A stretch of DNA of 64,000 bases from Azolla caroliniana (Eukaryota; Plantae; Polypodiophyta), in NCBI GenBank assembly GCA_043228905.1, contig JBHGNT010000008.1, positions 9,362,001 to 9,426,000 on the forward strand, written 5' to 3'. The first letter of the stretch is position 1, and the number at the start of each line of letters is the position of its first letter. The position numbers and the translations under genes were made by a program. Under the pieces are notes generated by a model. That model saw nothing but the letters and a program-made list of their open reading frames with translations, did no database searches and was not told the DNA's origin. Shown piece by piece: positions 52,545-62,264 of the stretch.

Positions 52545-53276
52545 CTAGGACCGGTGTGGGTAAGGACCCGACACCGCCGCTTGTCTCCTCCCCACTCGAT
52601 GTTTCGGGCCGCCATGTCCTGAATCCGTAGTTACCGGCCTCCATGGCCGTCCCTTCACCGCAAGGCAACCGTCTTCTACGTCTAGGGAGGCTTCTTCCTC
52701 CGCATCCTCCGATCGCCTCCGGCCCGACTCCATAATAAGCCCTTCTTCGGCTTCGATTTTCCCCTTCACAAGCTCGCATGCCTCCCGTATTAGCGCTTCT
52801 AGGTCGAGCTCCTCCGAACCATTTTGCGTTGAGCTCTCTTCCGGCGGTAGTGCGTACTCACTCGCCGCTCTCTCTACTCCGCCATTCGCGGGCCACGTTC
52901 TTACCGACCGCTCCCCATCGGGTTGCTGGCATACCCACTCCGGTTTCGCGTATCCGTACGCTTCCAATAGAGCTCCCTCGAAGGACTCCCATGACTCGTG
53001 AGCTTCTTGTAGCTCCTTGACGTCCTGGTGCACCGATACGGCCGCCACTCGCAGAAAATACTCTAGTCGCATCGCCTCGTCCATGCCCCCTTTCGCCATC
53101 TCGGCCTTGTAGGCTCCCAAAACTTTTAGGACCTCATTCCCATTGAACCGGCTGACTCGATCGACCACCCTTTCGACGGCTTGTTGAGCCGCATCTCGCT
53201 TCACCATCTTCCGTCCGGCTTCCATCACGATCTTTGCCATCATCTCCTCGAAGTCAAAGTCTTCTTCCATCTCCAT
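52545..53276 (-). CDS. Truncated gag-like protein of J
   Basis: Starts just after the PBS. RFNG.EV...Y..EM and SWESFEGALLEAY are gag-like and homologous to the B remnant at 58415-58773. Confidence 0.7.
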   Translation of the reverse strand: MEMEEDFDFEEMMAKIVMEAGRKMVKRDAAQQAVERVVDRVSRFNGNEVLKVLGAYKAEMAKGGMDEAMRLEYFLRVAAVSVHQDVKELQEAHESWESFEGALLEAYGYAKPEWVCQQPDGERSVRTWPANGGVERAASEYALPPEESSTQNGSEELDLEALIREACELVKGKIEAEEGLIMESGRRRSEDAEEEASLDVEDGCLAVKGRPWRPVTTDSGHGGPKHRVGRRQAAVSGPYPHRS

Positions 53277-53291
53277 GCTCCCTTGCCGCCC

Positions 53292-53309
53292 TTCACGTCG
53301 GGTTCACCA
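53292..53309 (-). promoter_or_regulatory. Primer-binding site complementary to tRNA-Trp
   Basis: Plus strand TTCACGTCGGGTTCACCA equals the 3' 18 nt of plant cytosolic tRNA-Trp(CCA) as recalled. It lies 4 nt from the LTR. Confidence 0.8.
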
Positions 53310-54791
53310 AAGATGTCGCGAAGTTTCGCGAGTACGTGTAGATCCTAGGCGGGACCACGGGGGTCTCGGACTAGGGAGAAGAGGAGAAAGGTTAAGACAA
53401 CGAATGGAAGATTAGCTCATAGCTCAAGAGGAGAAGAGAACGAATATGACATTATGATAGAAGAAGAAGAAGAAGAAGAAGATGAAGAAGATGGAGTCAA
53501 GATACTCAACAAGAAGTTCTATTAAGAAAACATAAACGCTTTACAATGGTGGCCGCCATGGCCGCACCAAATGACTATATCAAAAACCCTAAAGGAAAAC
53601 CCAAGAAGAAAACCCTAACCAAAACCCTAAACCCGAATAGGAATCCCTCGACCTAAGTGGTATGCCTCTCTCCCTCAAAATAGGCAACCCTTCATAAGTG
53701 ACCCCTCCCTTCCTTTTATAGCCCAAGGAGGGAGGAACCTTACAATGTGGGATAAAATTTCCCCTCTCTTTCTATACACCATATCCTAGTTTACATGTGC
53801 ACATGTAGCACACCACTGACTTGCCCTTCCCACCCCGGTTTCCGCCTATGGACGAAAATCTTCACGACACCGTATTGGCAGCTTCAGCGCAATAAGACTT
53901 GGGCATATGCTTCTCATTCATCATGGCCCGCGCTACTTCGAGGACGTGCCGATTTTTGCGCTCGGCTACTCCATCTTGTTGCGGAGTGTGTCGGCAAGTG
54001 AATTCTCGCCGAATTCCTTCCTTTCGGAGATATGCCATGATATCGTCGGAGATGTACTCCTTGCCGCCATCCGATCGAAGACAACGTAGATGTCGGCCCG
54101 TGGCTTTTTCGACTTCATTCTTGAATGTTTGGAAGTGTCTGAACACTTCGCTCTTTTGCCACATCGGGTAGATCCAAGTGTGCCTTGAGAAGTCGTCGAT
54201 GAAGAGCACGTAATATCGGCATCCGCCGAATGTAGCCGTCTGCGCCGGTTCCCATACGTCAGAATGGACTACGTTGAGTAGACCTTTGCTCTTGTTCCGC
54301 TCTTTCAGGAATGGGTGTCGATGTTGCTTGCCGAATTGGCACGCTTCGCATACACCTTCAATCTCCTTCTCTTTGAATGTCGAGAGTCCGATGACGACTC
54401 CTTTCGATTTCATTTATTTGAGTTTCTTGACATTGAGGTAGCCGATTCTCTTGTGCCATAGCTCTTTGTCGGAGTTGGCTTTAGTGCTCTTTGCGAAGAT
54501 GGCCGATTTCATCTCGTATGAGTCGAGAATGAACATTTGGCCCTCTCTTCGTCCACGTGCGATGAGTCGGCCTTCTTTTCCGATGAAGCAACCGCCTTGA
54601 TTCAATCGAACTTACATCCCTTGCTCTACAATTTGGCCGACGGAGACCAAATTATTCGTAATGGTCTGTACATGCAAGACATGTTTAATGTAATTTTGCT
54701 TACCTTCTTTTCCGAACGGAACATTGTCGATGTGCCGAATCGGGTGCGTAGTGTCGTCTCCGGTTTCGACATAGCTGGGTCGGTCCGGCTC

Positions 54792-56161
54792 TCAAAGTTC
54801 TTGGAACCATTCTTGATGCGATGTCATATGGTTCAAGGCATTGGAATCGACGAACCATACGTCTTTCGGACCGGAGGCACTAGTTGAGATAGCGGCCGAC
54901 ATAGAGTTTGCTCTATGTTTGATCATGAACATTCCGCCACGGTTGAAGTTGTGTGCATACATTCTGCTACGATCTTCGTAGTCGGAGTTGTGCTCGTACA
55001 TTCCGCCACGGTCGGAGTTGTGTGCATACATTCCGCCACGATCTTCGTAGTCGGAGTTGTTCCCGTACATTCCGCTATACTCTTCGTAGTCGGAATTGTG
55101 TGCGTAATTTGTGAGTTGTCGGCTTGTGAAAGCCGATTCACGCATCTTCTTTCGGCACTCTTCTTCGTGGTGGCCGAGCTTTCCGCAATATCTGCATTCG
55201 GTTGCGTTTTGACGGCTTGGGTCGGAGTTGTTCCCGCACATTCCGCTATAATCTTCGTAGTCGGAATTGTGCGCGTAATCTGTGAGTTGTCGGCTTGTGA
55301 AATCCGATTCACGCATCTTCTTTCGGCACTCTTCTTCGTGGTGGCCGAGCTTTCTGCAATATCCGCATTCGGTTGCGTTTTGACGGCTTGGGTCGGAGTG
55401 GAAGCTCCCCCTTCTTGCGAAGGTTCCTCGTTGGCTTCCGTTTTGCGGCCGAAATTGGGAGTTGTTGTCGTAGGTCGAACCTCGTCCGCCTTGTCCTTGG
55501 CCGAATTGGAATCTCGCTCGTCCACGTCCTCTTCCTCCGTTCGAGTGCGTGTAGAGCATGTGGCCTTCCGACTCATTGCTCCTTGTATGCACATGGTTTT
55601 GTTCGACCAATAGCATTGATTGGAGCTCGAAGAAGGAGGGAGATTTCTCTCGTGCTAGAACGGCGGTTCGCATCGCGGCGAACCGTGGTGCGAGGCCACT
55701 GAGGCATATTTGCACCATCTCATCATCATCGATACTTATGCTTATCGAGCCGAGCGAGTCGCAAAGCTCCTTGATCTTCAAGGTGTATGTCATGATGGAC
55801 ATGTCCCTTTGTTGAATGTTGTTCAACTCTTGGCGGAGTTGAAGCTTTCTTGCGGTTGTGTTCGCCGCGAAAATCTTTCGTAGATTTTCCCATGCCTCCT
55901 TCGGTGTCTTGGCTTCGCGAATGTAACCGAGCATGTGATCGTGAACACATGTCGCCAAGCAATACATCACGTGGCTTGCGGCTTGCTCCCATGTCGTGTA
56001 TCCGGAAGCCGTGTCGACAGGCCGGTCTTCGTGCACTCCTTTGATGTAGCTCCAATAGCCTTGTCCGACAAGGTATTGGTGCATCTTGTACTCCCAAGAT
56101 GCGAAGTTGTTTGGATCCAACTTCTCAGTAGGGAGAGCGCTCCCCATTTGAGTATTCATTA
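54792..56161 (-). CDS. Copia C gag with duplicated CCHC knuckle module and start of protease
   Basis: SALPTEKLD..NFASWEYKM, two copies of ECxYCxKLGHHEEECRKK, WFVDS. Confidence 0.88.
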
Positions 56162-56717
56162 TGTCGATTCTTCTTCTTCTTCTTCTCTCTTTGAATGCGA
56201 GCAATGTAGAGAAGCTACGATAGAGATGAGCCGGTTCTTGGTCATCGGCGTGGAGCACAACACACAATCACGATGAGGTGAATGGGCTAGATCGAACTAC
56301 CAAATCGCTCTGATACCATGTAAAGAATCAAGAGATGGACTCTTGTGAAGCGGAAGAGATATGAGTTATGTGTGTGTATGAGAGAGAGAGAGAGAGAGAG
56401 AGTGAGAGAGACAAGGAATAAGACACAGAGAATACGCAAGGTAAAATTATATTAACAAAGGAGAAAGACTCAACACAATACAAGGTGGGAGGAGGGTGCT
56501 TTATATAGTCACCCTCTCTCTTCATTAACTACAAGGCTCATGGAGCATGCGGAATGTGAAAGCTCATAATTTATGTGTCATAGAATATGATTCTATGACT
56601 CATACTAAATGCTAGAATACAAAGAGGTGACTTAATGGTGACTCTTGACCGTTGGAGTGTCTATTCACTCTCAAGGTGAGTTCACACACTAGACCAAGCT
56701 GAGCTTGATTCTCAATA

Positions 56718-57440
56718 GCTACCATTTAGCTAATTAGCCATTATAACTAAAGTATGGTAGTAGCTAATTAGCTCCCAGTTAGCTAATTAGCTATTGTACT
56801 AAACTATGGTAGTAGCTAAATAGCTACCACTTACATAATTAGCTACTCTACTAAAGTATGGTAGTAGCTAATTGGTAGCTAATTAGCTACTGTACTAAAC
56901 TATGGTAATAGCTAATTATCTACCACTTAGTTAATTAGCTACTGTATAAAACTATGGTAGTAGCTAATTAGCTACCATTTAGCTAATTAGCTATTGTCTT
57001 AAACTATGGTAGTAGCTAACTAGCTAAGTGGTAGCTAATTAGCTACTGCACTAAACTATAATAGTAGGTAATTAGCTACCACTTAGCTAATTAGCTACTG
57101 TACTAAACTATGGTAGTAGGTAATTAGCTACCACTTAGCTAATTAGCTAATATACTGAACTATCGTAGTAGCTAATTAGCTTCCGCTTAGCTAATTAGCT
57201 ACCACTTAGCTAATTAGCTACTCAACTGAAGTATGGCAGTAGCTAATTAGCTACTGTAGTAAACTATAATAGTAGCTAATTAGCTACTCAGCTAAAGTAT
57301 GGTAGTAGCTAATTAGCTACCACTTAGCTAATTAACTACATGTTAGGTAATTAACTACTGCACTACAACCATAATAGCTAAATAGTTTCCACACTTTATA
57401 CAGCTTACCTAATTAGCAAAGATGGAACTAATTAGCTACA
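56718..57440. repeat. TAGCTAATTAGCTA palindrome array (right part of the RING-gene intron)
   Basis: Same units as 37316-37741. The copia C/D block splits the array. Confidence 0.95.
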
Positions 57441-60400
57441 CTATGGTTACACGCAGCAATTTTACCTGTGTTTTTTCTCCACTCATCTAGGAGATTTGTA
57501 CTACAATCCCCCAAACAGAATGTAGCAATGCGATAGGCATATTGAAAACAAACGATATGGTATGTGTGCTGGCATGGTTGTAGGTGAACCAACAGAGTAG
57601 TAGATTTGTCCTTTACACGTAATCCACAAGCGATGCAATGTGCTTGAACAGTAAATAGATCGTTTCCTGGTTCTCCTTCATTTGGTAAGGGAGCAAGAAT
57701 GTTCAGGTCCAATTCTTGTTTGCTCCTTACCATCCCCTCCACAAAATGTAGCGGCTTCTTAAGGCAGCTAACTACCTGTTCTTGATGGGAGTATTGTTCC
57801 TTGAATGCAGCCGTCAAATTTACCAATTAATTATTCCTTAATGAGGAAGATACAACAACAAGAAACAAGAATCATTAACTTACTTGTAGCTTTTCCAAAT
57901 TGTAATTAGAGATAGTATTTACACCTAGAAGGTCCAGGTTCATTGAAAGAACCTAGATCTCTGTTTGCAGTTGAATTTTCCGCTGGGGATCCAGCGACCC
58001 ATCAATTTCAAGTTCATGTTGAGCAACTTGTTCCAGATAATGCCTCAGTAGCACACTTTCATGTACAAATTATTTATAACATATTACATACTAGCAAAAC
58101 AATAGGTACCTGAATCTTATTTCTGATTGTTGTAACTGCCAAAGTGACTTTGCTCTCCATCGTAGTAGCCAATGTTGCTTTCCCAAAATCAGTCTTAAAA
58201 AACTCCAATGACTCACAGGCTTCATGGACATTTTTTAGCATATAGCTAATCAATGTCTCACCTGTATCATCGACATTGGCTTTCATTGTGTGTCGGTGTG
58301 GCGTATACTTGCGGGTTTGTTGGGAGTTGGCAATTGCATCATCAACTGCCATGCTTCAAAATCTTGCCATTTTTGGTTGCAAGCTCCCCATCTTCCAACA
58401 TCTTTCTACCAATGTCCACTAATCAAAGTTGTGTCGTCCCTGGCTCTTCCGTCGTCCTCCATATGCCTGTAGGAGAGCCTCTTCGAAGACCTCCACGAAC
58501 TATGAGCTTCTCGGAGCTCCTACACTTCCGTGTGCATACAGATGATGACGACCCGACAGAAGAACTCTAGCCTCAACACCTCTTCTACGTATCGCACCTC
58601 CATTTCTGCGTTGTAGGCTTCCAAGTAGAATGGGACCTTGTCCCAAAACGACCGACTCTTTCGACCACTCACTCAATAACTTGTTGCGCCGCTTCTCGTC
58701 TCACCACCACTCATCTAAACTCCAACACCACTTCGGCCACCATCTCCGCGAAGTCATCGTCTTTCGACTCCATCCTCCCTTGCCGCCCTTTCATGTTGGG
58801 TTCACCAAAGATGTCGCGGTTTTCCGTGGGTACGTGTCGAAAGGGGCGGGACCACGAGGGTCTCGGACAAGGAAGAGATGGATGTCGAGAAGCTGACTCT
58901 CTCCGGGCCCTACTGCACCGGTTCTGGCACACACCGGTGCGATTCTAGACGCGTACCAGTGGCAACCAAACACAAGAGAGGGAGAGGGAGAGAGAGAGAG
59001 AGAGAGAGAGCACACACGCAATACCGACTCAACACATGACTCTTATGTACAGGAAACAAAGGGAAAGAAATGCACCCGACACCAACAGAAACACAAATAT
59101 GCACTACCTTTTATATATATAATTACAAGAGCAAGATACAACTCCGGCTTCGAGCCGGACCAAGGTGGTTAGGTTACAATAGTTGTCTGCTGCCAAGCCG
59201 CCAATAGGGGAGCTCTCGGGTCATCGCGCCGAGCGGGGTCTGGCATAGGAAACCGAGCAGAAGCAAACCCCACTGAACATACAAGCTCTTCACCTGACTA
59301 AACCCTAAACAAACACGAAGGAGAAGAAGAAGTCGAAGAACCCTAACCGAAAACAAGAAAGTAAGAAGAAGAAGAAGCTGCCAAGATGAAACCCTAAACG
59401 AAATAGGGCGAAAAGACCAAAGTACAAACCCTAAGGGAATAAGAGGAAGATGAAGACCAAGAACTACCAAACCTTAAATCTAACGGTATACCCTCCTAAC
59501 TCAAAATGGGCAACCCCTCCTCAAGGGACCCTCCCTTCCTTTTATAGAACAAGGAGATGGGTGCGTTACAATGTGGGATAAATCTCAATTTACATGGGAT
59601 TCTCTGCCCCGACTTAACTCCTAATCGGTGCCATAAAGGCACCCCTGTCATTCGCATGTTTTTACAAGGGTAAGTGCACATGATGCACTCCGCTGATTCT
59701 TTCGATATTCCCCGGTTTCTCATCATGGCCCAGAATCTTCATGACAGCGCAACTATTGTGTGGAGCAGCAAAAAGCAGCCAATTGTGGCTCTGTCGAGCA
59801 CTGAGGTTGAATATCGGGGCGCTATTGTTGCCACCTGTGAAGCCATTTGGCTTCGGCGGTTGCTGAAGACCTCTGGATCGAAGTACCGATTTCGATCTCG
59901 ATCTACTATGACAACATGAGCAACATGCAGCTAGCCAAGAACCCTGTGTTCCATGCTTAGACGAAGCACATAGAAGTGCATTATCACTTTGTGCGTGAGC
60001 GGGTTCTCAGTGGTGAAGTAGAACTTTGGTATGTCTGATGGATCGACAAGTTGCCGATATCTTCACGAACACCCTTGGGACCGACAAGTTGCAACACTTT
60101 TTGGAGATGCTTCATCTTCAGCATCTCAACATGTCGCACTTGAGGGGAAGAACCGAGACTGATAGGGGAGAACTAGAATGGAAACCGGGAAAATAGGGGG
60201 AAACAAGAAGAAAAAGGAAGCTAAGTCGACTAAAGAAGTGTACACCAGATGAAGTCGGAACAAGTAGTGATGGTGGCAGAGTCAAGAAGGACAGAGCCGA
60301 CCGGAACGAGAAGGCCAAGACCCGGACGTGGTCCGATGTGGTGAAGGGTCTGAAGACTGATTACGAATTGGAGAGCCAGTTCGGATAAGAGCTGGAATGA

Positions 60401-60806
60401 ATTGGAGGCAACAGATTCTGAATAGGAGTTTGATTCGAAGGAGCCGAATCAACAGAAGGCCAAACGGACAAGGAGTCAACTGAAGTCGACACCGACACGA
60501 AGGAACCGACGGATCGAGACGCGCCGGAGTTGCAATAGTGAAGGAGCTGAGATGGGTCTTATGAGCAGACAAGCCGACCGCGAAGGTCGAGGAATGCGGA
60601 ACCGAATGGGTAGAGGAAAGCAAAACCGGACCGGATGAGGAGCGCGAGCTAGGCGGGCGGACGCCAGGTGGAGCCAGAGGAGAGGGCGGGTACCACAAAC
60701 ACAGACACAACGATCCGACCTCAAGTTGAGCTTGAGGGGGAGTGTTGAGTGGACAAATTCAACTGAATCCGGATCGGTTGATCAAGCCAGAGCCGGATCA
60801 GAGTCT

Positions 60807-60899
60807 ATTGCATTCTCTGGGCCTATCATTGTTTTAGTATATGTACTTTTTATTTACCCTCTAGGACAATCTGGTTGGTTTTTCGCACCCAATTTCGGC
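60807..60899 (+). pseudogene. psbD: Plastid psbD (PSII D2) fragment inserted in the G 3' LTR (NUPT)
   Basis: Translates [31 protein letters not shown] versus D2 [31 protein letters not shown]. Absent from the 5' LTR. Confidence 0.88.
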
Positions 60900-61406
60900 T
60901 CCCTAATAATTGTCAAAAAGAAATAGATTAAAAGGGTTAGTCTATGTATCCTTTTTTCTCTTCCTACTTCTCCTTATCTTTATAGGAATCCTCTGTCTTA
61001 CCACTTCACTATATCGCCCCTCTACCAAACCACCGATAGTTGATCGTGATCTGGTCAGAACAAAGAACCGGATCGGTGTCCGGATGGTATCCAGAACCAA
61101 GAGCCGGATCAGACTGTAATCAGTGGGGCATTAAAGGCCTACAAATCTAGCCTACTACGTAGGCATATTTTTGGGAGTCAATGTCAATCCCTCGTATGAG
61201 CATTGATGTACTTGTCACTACTTCTGTCAGTCCATGTAAGGACTTGTATAAAAGTGCTCTCTGAGCACATTATATGTACAGAGTGTTATTATTTTGAATC
61301 AAGTTGTGTTCTACTCTAACTCTGTTTCTCACTCTCTCTCGAGTTGTATTCTGTTGCTATCTAGCTAAATTGGTTGTGTCTTAGTTTCCGCATATTCACA
61401 TTTACA

Positions 61407-62264
61407 AGAACAATACATGGGAACTGATTGAACTACCAGCAGGAAGGAAAACGCTACCTTGCAAATGGGTATTACTATACAAATATGTATTTGATTCAGA
61501 GAAGCCCAAATACAAAGCTCGGCTCGTCTCGAAGGGGTTCAAACAAGAATATGGGGTCCACTACAACGAGATATTCTCACTAGTAGTCAAGATGACCACC
61601 CTTCGGCTCCTACTTGGGGTCATGGTGACTGAAGATCTAGAGCGTGAATAACTAGACGTAAAGACGACATCCCTACATGGAGATCTGGACAAAGACATTT
61701 ACATGTCTCAACCCACAGGCTTCTCGACGACAGGGGAGGAAAGTCACCTCGTATGTCGATTGAAGAAAAGCTTATATGGCTTAAAACAAGCGCGGATGAT
61801 GCGGTACCAGAAGTTTGACTCCTACATCCGACATCTCGGCTACAACCGGTTCTACTGCGACCCATGTCTATATACTCGGAAATTGGACAACGAGTCCAGA
61901 ATATATCTGGTCGTATATGTCGAAGACATGCTAATTGAGGGGAGCAATCAAGCCGAAATCAGAAAGCTAAACCGGAGCCTTCACAAAAAGTTTGGAATGA
62001 AGGAACTCAGACAAGCCTGACACATACTCGGCATTAGGATAGAGCGAAATCGGATAGCAAAAACCCTCCAACTACATTCACAAGGTGTTGAAGCACTTCA
62101 ACATGAAGCCAACACCAACACTGCTTACGACATTGATTCGATTATCAGACAGAGACTCTCCTTCAACGGATAAGGAGAGACAGCAAAATGGAAAGATACC
62201 CTACACATTGGCCATAGGAAGTATCATGTATGCGATGGTGGCGACTCGACCTAACCTTGCATAT
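61407..62264 (+). pseudogene. Copia A reverse transcriptase (resumed after G)
   Basis: [47 protein letters not shown]. Confidence 0.9.

Larger units (their letters stand above)
49141..53869 (-). mobile_element. Non-autonomous gag-only gypsy-type element J
   Basis: Highly similar LTRs 49141-49699 and 53314-53869, PBS at 53292-53309, PPT at 49700-49711. No RT or RNase H motifs. Flanks CGGT/CCGT are a degenerate 4-bp TSD in the C integrase. Confidence 0.9.
46054..56717 (-). mobile_element. Copia C (degenerate), interrupted by J
   Basis: LTRs 46054-46455 (3') and 56319-56717 (5'). PBS reverse complement GCTCTGATACCA at 56307-56318, PPT at 46456-46467. Integrase 53862-54413, RT/RNase H 46731-48400, and a 136-bp tandem duplication at 47793-48064. 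No matching TSD. Confidence 0.92.
26001..58415. mobile_element. Sola2-like DNA transposon block with cargo genes (own sequence about 26001-28971, 34469-37741, 56718-58415); termini not resolved
   Basis: Abrupt switch from GC-rich to AT-rich sequence at about 26001. Contains a transposase gene, minus-strand genes and the same palindromic array in all three segments. The right end is truncated against the B gag at about 58415. Confidence 0.7.
36787..58415 (-). pseudogene. Multi-exon RING-H2 cargo gene (exons about 58110-58415, 57884-58060, 57466-57830, 36787-37299), 5'-truncated
   Basis: C-x2-C-x17-C-x-H-x2-H-x2-C-x10-C-x3-C at 57503-57637. GT donors at 58109, 57883 and 57465. The AG acceptor at 37301/37300 gives an in-frame join KNT|ESCGLSRAHDLFG. 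The C-terminus is PARKRLKKG...RSRGS* after a 1-nt frameshift near 37128. Confidence 0.65.
17863..59746 (-). mobile_element. Non-autonomous gypsy-type element B with nested insertions; 4-bp TSD GCGC
   Basis: LTRs 17863-18780 (3') and 58812-59746 (5'). PBS reverse complement TTCATGTTGGGTTCACCA at 58790-58807, PPT at 18781-18792, gag remnant at about 58415-58773. GCGC at 17859-17862 and 59747-59750 restores the host RNase H frame. Confidence 0.88.
13701..61406 (+). mobile_element. Copia G (degenerate), host of most nested insertions; TSD AGAGC/AGAAC
   Basis: 5' LTR 13701-14116 (TGTTGAG...TTTACA), PBS TGGTATCATAGC at 14117, PPT TTGAGGGGGAG before the 3' LTR at 60743-61406. The host A frame continues across it: MDSIH|..[10 protein letters not shown]. 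Confidence 0.9.

Noticed and set aside
53292-53309. tRNA-Trp gene
   Set aside because: Only the 3' 18 nt including CCA are present, adjacent to an LTR, so it is a PBS.
54915-55613. 232-aa repetitive hydrophobic ORF
   Set aside because: Antisense of the duplicated gag region of copia C.
37316-57440. CRISPR-like look of palindromic repeats with spacers
   Set aside because: The linkers are themselves repeated rather than unique, the units are too short, there are no cas genes and the context is eukaryotic.
60726-60926. Functional psbD-like small gene
   Set aside because: A 31-codon diverged fragment inside an LTR, not a complete gene.
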